A stretch of 64,000 nucleotides of DNA from Patescibacteria group bacterium (GTDB taxonomy: Bacteria; Patescibacteriota; JABMPQ01; JAQVVF01): NCBI GenBank assembly GCA_041662665.1, contig JBAZSC010000001.1, forward strand, positions 193,511-257,510. The letters run 5' to 3'. The translations under genes were made by a program, and so were the position numbers. The number at the start of each line of letters is the position of its first letter. Within the stretch, counting starts at the first letter, position 1. Below, one piece after another: positions 54,940 to 63,781 of the stretch. The notes beneath the pieces are model-generated. The model saw only the letters and a program-made list of their open reading frames with translations, was not told where the DNA came from and searched no databases.

Positions 54940-54948
54940 TTATTTTTT

Positions 54949-56634
54949 ATGCAACCAGAAAAATTAAAAGAACTGCTTGTAGATAGTAAACTTATTAAGG
55001 AGGATGATTTCAATAACGCTTTAAAAGAAGCGCAACAAAGCAACCAATCTCTTGAAAATATGCTTGTTGAAAAAAATTTAATTTCCGATGAAAATCTTGG
55101 CCAGCTTATTGCAAATGACCTAGGTTTTAAATTTGTTAATTTAAAACGTGAAGGTATAGACCAAAATATTTTTTCTATAATTCCTCAAATTGTTGCCAAA
55201 AATCAGAATGCAATTGCATTTGGAAAAGATAACAATGGTATTAAGATTGCCATGAATGATCCAAAGAATTTAGATTTTATTAGCCTGATGGAGAAAAAAA
55301 CTGGTGAAAAAGTAATACCTTATTATGCATCCAAAAGAGATATTTCAATGGCTTTAGATCTATACAATAAAGGTTTGGAACAGAAATATGAAGAATTAAT
55401 AAAAAAAGATATTGCTCAAATAAAAAAACCAGAAGCTGAAGAAGTGCCAATTGTAAAATTAATTGATACCTTGATTGAATATGCTTATCAAAATCGGGCT
55501 TCAGATATTCACATTGAGCCTTTGAAAGAAAGTATCATTGTTAGATTTAGAATTGATGGAGTCTTGCATAAAGTTTTAGAATTGCCTAAAAATCTTTTAG
55601 AAGCTTTGATTTCTCGTCTAAAAATATTGGCTAAGCTTCGAACTGATGATCATTTTTCTGCACAAGACGGAAAAATCGTTCAAAAGATTAATGGCAATGA
55701 TATTGATATTAGAATTTCTATTATTCCAATCACTAATGGTGAAAACGCTGTTTTGAGAATTCTATCAGAACGCGCTCGACAATACACATTAGAAAATTTA
55801 GGTTTGCAGGGAAATGATTTAGATAAAATCCAAAATGCCATCAAAAAACCTTGGGGCATGATTCTGGCAACTGGTCCAACAGGTTGTGGAAAAACGACAA
55901 CTCTTTATTCAATCTTAAAAATTTTGAATACCACAAAAGTCAATATCGCCACAATTGAAGATCCAGTTGAATATGATATTGAAGGCGTTAATCAAATTCA
56001 AGTAAATCCGCGTACTAATCTGACTTTTGCCAAAGGTCTCAAATCAATAGTCCGCCAAGATCCAGATATTATTATGGTTGGAGAAATTAGAGATGAAGAG
56101 ACAGCCGGTATTGCTATCAATTCTGCCATGACTGGCCATTTAGTTTTATCAACTTTGCATACTAATGATGCAGCTACAACCTTGCCTAGATTGATTGATA
56201 TGAAAGTTGAGCCTTTCTTAGTTTCTTCAACAATCAACATCATAATTGCTCAACGTTTAGTTCGCAAAATTTGTGAAAAATGTCGTGCAAGTGAAATAAT
56301 TCCTCAAGAAAAAATTGATATTCTTAAAAAACAGTTAGATCCAAGAATTCAGCAACTTATTGACAAATACGTTGTTGATCATGAATTAACAGTTTACAAA
56401 AGCAAAGGTTGCACTGCTTGTCAAAATACTGGCTATTCTGGTCGTATTGGAATTTTCGAAGTTATGGAAATCAAAGAAAATATCAAAGAGCTAATCATGA
56501 AAAAAGCCAATGCTCAAGAAATCGAAGATCAAGCAATCAAAAATGGCATGACTACAATGGTTGAAGATGGTTTAAAAAAAGTTTCCTCTGGAGTTACTAC
56601 GCTAGATGAAGTCTTGAGAGTTACAAAAGAATAA
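54949..56634 (+). CDS. pilB: Type IV pilus assembly ATPase (PilB/GspE)
   Basis: ASDIHIEP, GPTGCGKTT, EDPVE, RQDPD, CxxC pairs, GRIGIFE. Confidence 0.93.
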   Translation: MQPEKLKELLVDSKLIKEDDFNNALKEAQQSNQSLENMLVEKNLISDENLGQLIANDLGFKFVNLKREGIDQNIFSIIPQIVAKNQNAIAFGKDNNGIKIAMNDPKNLDFISLMEKKTGEKVIPYYASKRDISMALDLYNKGLEQKYEELIKKDIAQIKKPEAEEVPIVKLIDTLIEYAYQNRASDIHIEPLKESIIVRFRIDGVLHKVLELPKNLLEALISRLKILAKLRTDDHFSAQDGKIVQKINGNDIDIRISIIPITNGENAVLRILSERARQYTLENLGLQGNDLDKIQNAIKKPWGMILATGPTGCGKTTTLYSILKILNTTKVNIATIEDPVEYDIEGVNQIQVNPRTNLTFAKGLKSIVRQDPDIIMVGEIRDEETAGIAINSAMTGHLVLSTLHTNDAATTLPRLIDMKVEPFLVSSTINIIIAQRLVRKICEKCRASEIIPQEKIDILKKQLDPRIQQLIDKYVVDHELTVYKSKGCTACQNTGYSGRIGIFEVMEIKENIKELIMKKANAQEIEDQAIKNGMTTMVEDGLKKVSSGVTTLDEVLRVTKE

Positions 56635-56667
56635 AAAGTCGCTTTGACTTTTTTACTAAATATAGAT

Positions 56668-57057
56668 ATGTTAAAAAAAATTTTAATTGCCGAAGATGAA
56701 TCAACAATGCAAAATGTTTTAAAAAGCAAAGTTGAAGAATTAGGGTACGAAGTTATCCAAGCATATGACGGAGAAGAAACTTTGGAAAAAGTAAAAACAG
56801 AAAAGCCAGATTTAATATTGTTAGATATTATCATGCCAAAAAAATCAGGTTTTGATGTTTTAAAAGAATTAAAAATAAAACAAAGATCAGAAATTCCAGT
56901 CATTATTTTAACTAATCTCGGACAAGAAAGCGATATTAAAACTGGCAAAGAATTAGGTGCGCTTGACTACATTTTGAAAGCTAATGTTTCTTTGCAAGAT
57001 TTAATGTCAAAAATTAGCAATTATTTAGAAAAAAACAAAAATGGCAAGAAAATTTAA
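56668..57057 (+). CDS. Single-domain response regulator
   Basis: AEDE, LLDIIMP, LTN, YILK; ATG at 56668. Confidence 0.92.
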   Translation: MLKKILIAEDESTMQNVLKSKVEELGYEVIQAYDGEETLEKVKTEKPDLILLDIIMPKKSGFDVLKELKIKQRSEIPVIILTNLGQESDIKTGKELGALDYILKANVSLQDLMSKISNYLEKNKNGKKI

Positions 57058-58117
57058 CATTTCAATCGGCAGAATAACAATAACTGATAAAGCTCTGTTT
57101 ACAAAGCATATGGCAGTCATGCTTAAAGCTGGGCTTACAATTAACGATGCTTTAGACGTTGCTTTTGAAGAATCAACTGGTCGATTCTCAAATATTTTAA
57201 GAGACGTAAAAGAAAAAGTTTTGGCAGGCTCAACTCTGGCTGATGCATTATCAAAGTATGAAAAAGTCTTCTCAAATCTTTACGTTAATATAATTAGAGT
57301 TGGCGAAAAAAGCGGTACTTTGGTTGAAAGTTTAGAGCAATTAGCAATTCAGCTAGAAAAAGAAAATGAGCTTCGCAGCAAAATTTCTCAAGCCATGCTC
57401 TATCCAATTATTGTTTTAGCTGCTGTAATTTTAGTTGGTGGCGGTATTTCAATTTTTGTTTTGCCAAAATTAACGAGCCTTTTTCAAGTTTTTCAAGGTC
57501 AATTGCCATTGTCTACCCAAATCTTACTTTATATTGTGAATATCTTAGTAAAATACGGCATTTATATTTTTCCTGGATTAATAGTTTTAACATTTTTTTT
57601 AATCTGGCTTACTCGCACAAAATTAATTAAGCCAATTTGGCATGCTATTTTATTAAAAATGCCTATTGTCAGCCCAATTGTAAAAAATTTAAGCCTCGCT
57701 CAATTCAATCGAAATTTTGGCACATTATTAAAAAGCGGTTTGCCAGCAACAGAAAGTTTGGAGATTGTCGCTGACAGTATGCAAAATGAAGTTTATAGAA
57801 GAAAAATAAAATACATTTCCAAAGAAATACAAAGCGGCAAAAATATTTCTGATGTCATTTCCAAAATGGACAAAATATTTCCTAAGGTCACTTCAAAAAT
57901 GATTAATGTCGGCGAAAAATCTGGAACTTTAGATACAGTCTTAATTTTTCTTGCCAAATTTTATGAATCCGAAGTCGACAAAGCCTCAAAAAATTTGTCA
58001 GTAACTTTAGAGCCAGTATTGTTAGTCATAATTGGTTTTGTTGTCGGTTTTGTTGTTATGGCAATCATCACTCCAATTTACTCGTTAACAAGTACAATCG
58101 GCAGTCAAACTCCGTAA
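57041..58117 (+). CDS. pilC: Type IV pilus platform protein (PilC/GspF)
   Basis: Two GEKSG repeats, AMLYP, LEP. Confidence 0.92.
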   Translation: MARKFNISIGRITITDKALFTKHMAVMLKAGLTINDALDVAFEESTGRFSNILRDVKEKVLAGSTLADALSKYEKVFSNLYVNIIRVGEKSGTLVESLEQLAIQLEKENELRSKISQAMLYPIIVLAAVILVGGGISIFVLPKLTSLFQVFQGQLPLSTQILLYIVNILVKYGIYIFPGLIVLTFFLIWLTRTKLIKPIWHAILLKMPIVSPIVKNLSLAQFNRNFGTLLKSGLPATESLEIVADSMQNEVYRRKIKYISKEIQSGKNISDVISKMDKIFPKVTSKMINVGEKSGTLDTVLIFLAKFYESEVDKASKNLSVTLEPVLLVIIGFVVGFVVMAIITPIYSLTSTIGSQTP

Positions 58118-58195
58118 CTACGGATAATTCGGATTACATGCGGATATTAACGGATTTATTTTCGTTCCGCGTGCAATCCGTATAATTCGCACGTA
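58118..58195. repeat. Empty palindromic CGGAT-family element
   Basis: cggat x4 then tccg units; tccgcgtgcaatccgta (58166-58182) is identical to 59118-59134. Confidence 0.85.
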
Positions 58196-58206
58196 TTTAA
58201 AAAAAT

Positions 58207-58653
58207 ATGAGAGGATTTACATTGATTGAATTAATTTTGGTCATTGCTATTTCCGCGACATTAGCAGCCTTGGCAGTTCCAACTATTGGTCAGTTTTCAA
58301 ATCGTACCCAAATCGATGCTACTGAAACAGAAATTATCAGTGCTTTAAGACTTGCTCAAGCAAAAGCAATGGCAGTTGAACAAGACTCCAAATTTGGAGT
58401 TTATTTTGATAATGTTAATCAAAAATTTTATATTTTTAGAGGACTAAATTTTGGCGATAATCCATCAGAAAATATTGAATATAATTATCCAAATGTAATC
58501 AATGTTGCTCAAAGTTTTACAGGCAACCAAGCTGATTTTGAAAAACTTTTCGGCACAACCACTGACACAGGAAATATCGTTATTACAAATAATATTGGGC
58601 AAACCAGAACCATTAATGTTAGTTCTGTTGGCAAAATTGAATACGCGGAATAA
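58207..58653 (+). CDS. Minor pilin (FimT/GspH-like)
   Basis: MRG|FTLIELILV, LRLAQAKA. Confidence 0.88.
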   Translation: MRGFTLIELILVIAISATLAALAVPTIGQFSNRTQIDATETEIISALRLAQAKAMAVEQDSKFGVYFDNVNQKFYIFRGLNFGDNPSENIEYNYPNVINVAQSFTGNQADFEKLFGTTTDTGNIVITNNIGQTRTINVSSVGKIEYAE

Positions 58654-59146
58654 ACGGATTACACGCGGACACTTTTATTTTTTATTAAATTTATTTAATG
58701 GTTATAATAACAAAATCAGGCCAACCATTATTATATGAAAAAGAATCTTATGTATTAAGAGGAATATGGATGGATATTTATAATTCTTTGGGTCCAGGAC
58801 ATAAAGAAATTGTTTATGGAAATGCATTTGAACATACATTAAGAAATAATAAAATTCCATTTATTAGAGAACCAATTATTTCATTGATTTATGACGGAAA
58901 AAAGGTTGGTACTTATCGTCCTGATTTTATAACTTTTAACGAAATTATCGTTGAGTTTAAGTCTTTGAATATAATTCCCCAAGTTTTTTATAAAAAGATC
59001 TATCAGTATTTAAAAAGTTCTCAATATAAATTAGCTTTTATCGTTAATTTTGGAACAACCGAATTACAAATTATCAGACGTATTTATGACATCAAACGTC
59101 AAAAAAAATCAGTGGCATCCGCGTGCAATCCGTACAAATTCGTATT
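58640..59146 (+). mobile_element. Filled element: CGGAT arms bracketing a GxxExxY gene
   Basis: Left arm acggattacacgcgga and right arm tccgcgtgcaatccgt are inverted at 15/16; mobility is inferred. Confidence 0.6.
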
Positions 59147-59150
59147 GTAA
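58698..59150 (+). CDS. GxxExxY protein (PD-(D/E)XK nuclease-like family)
   Basis: LGPGHKEIVY, YRPDF, IIVEFKS, YLK, VNFG. Confidence 0.9.
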   Translation: MVIITKSGQPLLYEKESYVLRGIWMDIYNSLGPGHKEIVYGNAFEHTLRNNKIPFIREPIISLIYDGKKVGTYRPDFITFNEIIVEFKSLNIIPQVFYKKIYQYLKSSQYKLAFIVNFGTTELQIIRRIYDIKRQKKSVASACNPYKFVL

Positions 59151-62016
59151 AGGCCAAAGTCTAGTTGAAATTGTCATTGCTTTAGGAATTTTCGTTATAA
59201 TCACAAGTGGCATAATAACGCTGTCTTTAGGTTCTCTAATTTCCGAACGCCAAGGCGGAGAAATTACTCAAGCCACTTTTTTTATGCAACAAGGCGCTGA
59301 AGCAACGAGATCAATTCAAGATTTAGCATACAATAAATTAGCATATTATTCAGATGGCTTAACTCATGGCCTTGATAATTCTTCAGGCGTCTGGGAGTGG
59401 TCAGGATTAAATAACATTAAAGATCAATTTACCAGAACGATAAAAATAGAAGACGTAACGCGTGATACCTCTGGCAATATTGGAGCAGGAATAAATGACT
59501 TAGAAACAAAAAAAATAACCGTTTCATCAGATTGGGCATTTGCTTTAGGCCGTGCCAATCAGGTTCAATCAATTTTTTATCTTACAAATTGGAATCGAGG
59601 ATTATGGGTTGAAGATACAGTTGCTGATTTTAGCGATGGCATTTTTAATGATACTTATGTATCCAATGATTTTGGCGGAGAAATAAAACTTGCAAAAAAT
59701 TCAAATACAACTTGGCAATGCGGTACTCAATCAGGAACTTTAAATCTTCCTTCCGTCGTCAATGCTACAGATGTTGTTACAGTTGGCAATATTTCTTACG
59801 TTACGACTCTTAATAATACAAGTGGTGCGGAATTTTATATTATAGATGTTTTCAATCCAGCTAGTCTTTCAATACTAGGATCATTGAATATTGGCACTGC
59901 TGCAAATGGAGTTTTTGTTAGTGGCAATTACGCCTATGTCGCTACCAACAGCGATTCTCAAGAACTAATGGTTATTGACATTACTAATCCTGGCAGTTTA
60001 TCAATTAATGGATCATATGATGCTGATTTCGCCAGCAATGCCAATAATGTTTTTGTTGATTCAGGCTATGCTTATCTTGTTACTAACATTAATAATTCTG
60101 GCGGACCAAACCCAGAATTCTATGTATTAGATGTTTCTACTCCAACCTCGCCTAGCTTGGAAGGTTCTTTAGATATCGGCGCAAATATTTTTTCTGCTTT
60201 TTATGATAATAATAAAGTTTATGTAAGTTCTTCTAATAATAGTGCTGAAATGAACATTGTCGATGTCTCAACAAAAAATAATCCTAACATTATTGGTTCG
60301 TACGATGCTCCATCGAGCTTTGATGGAACTGACACTTTTGCTTCTGGCAACACCGCTTATTTAACAACTAACGATAATGGCATTGGAGATGAATTTTATG
60401 TTCTAAATGTTACTAATCCTGGAAGCATAACAGTTATTGGCTCTTATAATGTTAACGGCAATGCCCTTTCTGTTTTTGTTGATCCAGGTGCTACAACAGC
60501 ATTTATTGGAAACTCTCAGAGCCTTCAGCAATTTAAAGTAATAGACATCACAACTCCATCATCACCGACTTTGCTCAAATCTTTTAATGCTAATGGTAAT
60601 GTTCGCAGTGTTTATTTTGCTAACAATAAAGTCTATTTAACTTCAGACAGCGGTACTCAAGAATTTCAAATTTTTCAACCAAACACTGGTAATTCCTGGG
60701 ATTGTATCAAGCAAACTGGTATTTATGATAGTACTGGCCTGCAAGATGCAACTGACGTTAATGTGGTTGCAGTTAGCAACCGAGCCTATATTACTACAGT
60801 TAATAATGCTGCAGGAAATGAATTCTATATTCTTGATATTTCAACACCGTCAACGCCAACTCTGCTTGGTTCTCTTGACTTGAACGCTGATGCTAACGCT
60901 CTGTATATCAATGGCAATTACGCCTATATTGCTACGTCTAGCGATAATCAGGAATTAATGGTTGTAAACATTACGAATCCAGGATCTTTGTCTATCAATG
61001 GTTCATATGATGCCGACTCCAATGTTGATGCCACTGATGTTTTTGTCTCTGGAAATTATGCTTACTTAACTACTAAAGTAAACTCAACTGTTGGCATTAA
61101 TCCAGAATTCTATATTCTTGATATTACAACTCCTACCAACCCCGCGCTAACTGGATATTTGGAGCCTGATACCAATGTAAATTCTGTTTTTTATTCCAAC
61201 GATAAAGCATATCTTGCCACAATTAAAGACATTCAAGAATTAATTATTGTTGATGTAACAAACAAAGCTATTCCTGCAGTTGCTGGAATCTATGATGCGC
61301 CAACTGGGATTGATGCTTCAGCTGTCTGGGTTAATGGCAATACTGCCTATTTTGTTAGAAAAAATATGATCGGTAGCAATCCAGAATTTCAAGTTCTTGA
61401 TGTTACAAATCCTGCTTCAGTTTTTGAAATTGGCAGCTTAGACCTTCAAGCAGCCGGTCTATGCATATATGTTGACAACAATCATGCCTTTGTAGGCACC
61501 TCTGCCACAGATCAAGAAGCGCAAATTATTGATATCTCTAATCCCGCAAGTCCATCTCGCATTAATTCCATTGATGCCAATGGCGATGTTAATGGAATAT
61601 CCTCTGCCGTCAACGCTATTTATCTTGCGACCGCAAATAATTCTGAAGAATTTCAAATCTGGAGTCAAGTTGCAACATACCAGACATTTGGCACTTATGA
61701 ATCATCAGAGTTCGGTCCAGTTTCTAATTTTAATTTAATAAAATGGACTGAAAATATTCCTTCAGTTAATGAAGATTTGCTAGTTCAAATCAAGACCGCT
61801 CCTGATAATGCTGGCGTTCCAGGAGTTTGGTATTCAAATTGGTGTGGACCGTTAGGCAAGATCGGCAATGATACCAACTTTTTTACTGATTCAAATGGCC
61901 AGATAATTAATCCAAATATGATTGGAGATAATTGGATAAAATATAAATTGACTTTAACCGGTAATGGTACTGATACTCCAGCCTTGCGAAGCCATACAGT
62001 TAATTATAAACCATAA
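59086..62016 (+). CDS. Large pilin-like adhesin with LVIVD beta-propeller repeats
   Basis: KG|QSLVEIVIALG cleavage site at 59152; many V.GNYAY...L.V.DIT.P..P repeats; nearest in-frame ATG is 59086. Confidence 0.85.
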   Translation: MTSNVKKNQWHPRAIRTNSYCKGQSLVEIVIALGIFVIITSGIITLSLGSLISERQGGEITQATFFMQQGAEATRSIQDLAYNKLAYYSDGLTHGLDNSSGVWEWSGLNNIKDQFTRTIKIEDVTRDTSGNIGAGINDLETKKITVSSDWAFALGRANQVQSIFYLTNWNRGLWVEDTVADFSDGIFNDTYVSNDFGGEIKLAKNSNTTWQCGTQSGTLNLPSVVNATDVVTVGNISYVTTLNNTSGAEFYIIDVFNPASLSILGSLNIGTAANGVFVSGNYAYVATNSDSQELMVIDITNPGSLSINGSYDADFASNANNVFVDSGYAYLVTNINNSGGPNPEFYVLDVSTPTSPSLEGSLDIGANIFSAFYDNNKVYVSSSNNSAEMNIVDVSTKNNPNIIGSYDAPSSFDGTDTFASGNTAYLTTNDNGIGDEFYVLNVTNPGSITVIGSYNVNGNALSVFVDPGATTAFIGNSQSLQQFKVIDITTPSSPTLLKSFNANGNVRSVYFANNKVYLTSDSGTQEFQIFQPNTGNSWDCIKQTGIYDSTGLQDATDVNVVAVSNRAYITTVNNAAGNEFYILDISTPSTPTLLGSLDLNADANALYINGNYAYIATSSDNQELMVVNITNPGSLSINGSYDADSNVDATDVFVSGNYAYLTTKVNSTVGINPEFYILDITTPTNPALTGYLEPDTNVNSVFYSNDKAYLATIKDIQELIIVDVTNKAIPAVAGIYDAPTGIDASAVWVNGNTAYFVRKNMIGSNPEFQVLDVTNPASVFEIGSLDLQAAGLCIYVDNNHAFVGTSATDQEAQIIDISNPASPSRINSIDANGDVNGISSAVNAIYLATANNSEEFQIWSQVATYQTFGTYESSEFGPVSNFNLIKWTENIPSVNEDLLVQIKTAPDNAGVPGVWYSNWCGPLGKIGNDTNFFTDSNGQIINPNMIGDNWIKYKLTLTGNGTDTPALRSHTVNYKP

Positions 62017-62018
62017 AA

Positions 62019-62057
62019 ACTAGTAACTAGTAATTTGTAACAGGATCCGATTTACTT
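62019..62057. repeat. Short degenerate element (TAGTAAC family)
   Basis: actagtaactagtaatttgtaa; mirror-type arm at 37003-37037. Confidence 0.45.
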
Positions 62058-62573
62058 ATGAAACAAAAAGGCTTTACATTGATAGAGCTGATGCTCTCAA
62101 TAGCAATCATTTCCATTTTTATAACTGGCTTGGCTTATTTTAGTATTGATATTTTTAAATCAAAAGCTAAGGCTTCATCTGTTGCCGAAGTTCAAGAAAA
62201 TGTTCGTTTTGCTATGCAAAAAATGTCATTATATATTTTAAATTCACAAGAAGGAATTAATAATGCAGATTCGCAATTTTACCCAACCAATCCAGGAAGA
62301 TTGCATGTTAATATGGGACCAGGAGCAGGGGACGATGTAATTTTTACAGTTAGCTCTAATCAAATCCAAATAACAATTGGCGCTGCATCTGCCGTACCAA
62401 TTACAACTAATGAAGTAAAAATAAATACTTTAACTTTCAAGAATAATTCTAGTAATAATACTCCTGGAAATTACACCATCAATATCACAGGCCAATACAA
62501 TAATTTAGGAACAAAAAAAGAATTTGATTATACTTATGATACGGAAACATCAGTGACTTTAAGGAGACCTTAA
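62058..62573 (+). CDS. Minor pilin (PilW-like)
   Basis: KG|FTLIELMLSIAI, QENVRFAM. Confidence 0.85.
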   Translation: MKQKGFTLIELMLSIAIISIFITGLAYFSIDIFKSKAKASSVAEVQENVRFAMQKMSLYILNSQEGINNADSQFYPTNPGRLHVNMGPGAGDDVIFTVSSNQIQITIGAASAVPITTNEVKINTLTFKNNSSNNTPGNYTINITGQYNNLGTKKEFDYTYDTETSVTLRRP

Positions 62574-62605
62574 ATTAATTATAAAGTTAATATTTTATGA
62601 CAAGA

Positions 62606-62672
62606 AATATTGAATATTTAATATTAAATATTAACTATAAAAAAATATAATATTCAATATTTAATATTCAAT
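62606..62672. repeat. Palindromic heptamer element (AATATT family)
   Basis: aatatt units with a 7-nt period on both sides of an A-rich centre. Confidence 0.65.
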
Positions 62673-62674
62673 TT

Positions 62675-63067
62675 ATGTCAGAAAAAGGACAAATAGCTCT
62701 CATCGCAGTCTTAATTATTTCTGCCGCAGTTTTAATCGTATCGTTGGCGATCAGTTCAATTGGCGTTAATGAAACTTTAATGAGCTTTGATGATCAGCAA
62801 GGCGAGCAGTCTTTTTTGATTGCCGATTCTTGTGTTAATGAAGCATTGATGCGTTTGAAAAGAGTTAAAGCAGGAGAAGAAGCAGCTTATGTTGGAGGTA
62901 CTTTGAATTTTGGTACAGATTCATGTATAATTACAGTAACTCCTCAAGTCAACAATCAAATTATTGATGTTACTTCAACTGTTAATTCAAAAATAAATCG
63001 AAAAATCCAAGTCGTTTTGCAATGGAATCCAACTTATGCTTTAACTTCTTGGCAAGAAATACAATAA
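62675..63067 (+). CDS. Minor pilin (PilX-like)
   Basis: KG|QIALIAVLII lacking Glu5, ADSCVNEAL, terminal WQE. Confidence 0.8.
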   Translation: MSEKGQIALIAVLIISAAVLIVSLAISSIGVNETLMSFDDQQGEQSFLIADSCVNEALMRLKRVKAGEEAAYVGGTLNFGTDSCIITVTPQVNNQIIDVTSTVNSKINRKIQVVLQWNPTYALTSWQEIQ

Positions 63068-63071
63068 AAAT

Positions 63072-63248
63072 ATGATACAACAAAAAACAACAGCTCAAGA
63101 TATACAGGACAATATTTTTAAAAAAATGACTGCTGATCAAAAAATTAAATTAGGCAGTCAATTATGGAGGCTAGCAAAAGATTTAGTTGGTAATAAAATT
63201 GATTATGGAACAAACAGATCCAAGACAACTTTTAATAAACATCGTTAA
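63072..63248 (+). CDS. Small protein, putative partner/antitoxin of the downstream nucleotidyltransferase
   Basis: Not in the ORF track; 58 aa MIQQKTTAQDIQDNIFKKMTADQKIKLGSQLW...; overlaps the next gene. Confidence 0.6.
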   Translation: MIQQKTTAQDIQDNIFKKMTADQKIKLGSQLWRLAKDLVGNKIDYGTNRSKTTFNKHR

Positions 63249-63768
63249 AATTCTTGAAAAATTAAAAATTCCTTATTTTGTAACTGGTGGCATGGCTGTT
63301 TTAATTTGGGGAAGACCGCGATTTACCGCTGATATTGATCTCATTATTGTTTTAAAGGCAGATGACATCAACAAACTTGAAAAAGCTTTATTAGCATTTA
63401 GTAAAGCTGGTTATGTTGATAAAGAAGCCATCAAAGATGCTTTTTTTAGGCACGGAGAATTTAACTTTATTGACGGAGAAACAGGCGTAAAAGTTGATTT
63501 TTGGATTTCCAAAAATGATCAATTTGATTCATCTAGATTAAAAAGAAAAATTACTAAAAATATCTTAAACAAAAATATATATTTTTCTTCGCCAGAAGAT
63601 CTGATTCTAATAAAACTTTTATGGTACAAAGAATCACCACTAAGTCGTCAGCTAGAAGATGTTGAATCTGTATTCAAGATTTCTGGTGATAAACTTGATA
63701 AAAAATATTTAAAGCAATGGGCAAGTAAATTAGGAGTCTCAGAAATATTAAAAAAAATTAAATATTAA
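63205..63768 (+). CDS. Pol-beta-like nucleotidyltransferase (AbiEii/DUF6036-like)
   Basis: TGGMAV..WGRPRFTADID, VDF, SPEDLILIKL; ATG at 63205. Confidence 0.8.
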   Translation: MEQTDPRQLLINIVKILEKLKIPYFVTGGMAVLIWGRPRFTADIDLIIVLKADDINKLEKALLAFSKAGYVDKEAIKDAFFRHGEFNFIDGETGVKVDFWISKNDQFDSSRLKRKITKNILNKNIYFSSPEDLILIKLLWYKESPLSRQLEDVESVFKISGDKLDKKYLKQWASKLGVSEILKKIKY

Positions 63769-63781
63769 TTACAAATCTTTC

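Noticed and set aside
56529-56948. 139-aa minus-strand ORF
   Set aside because: Antisense to pilB and the response regulator.
37763-59146. Classical IS elements
   Set aside because: No DDE, HUH or recombinase motifs in the cargo, and I could not identify target-site duplications.
701-62672. Repeat arrays as CRISPR arrays
   Set aside because: Units are 7-11 bp, degenerate and without unique spacers; no cas genes are present.
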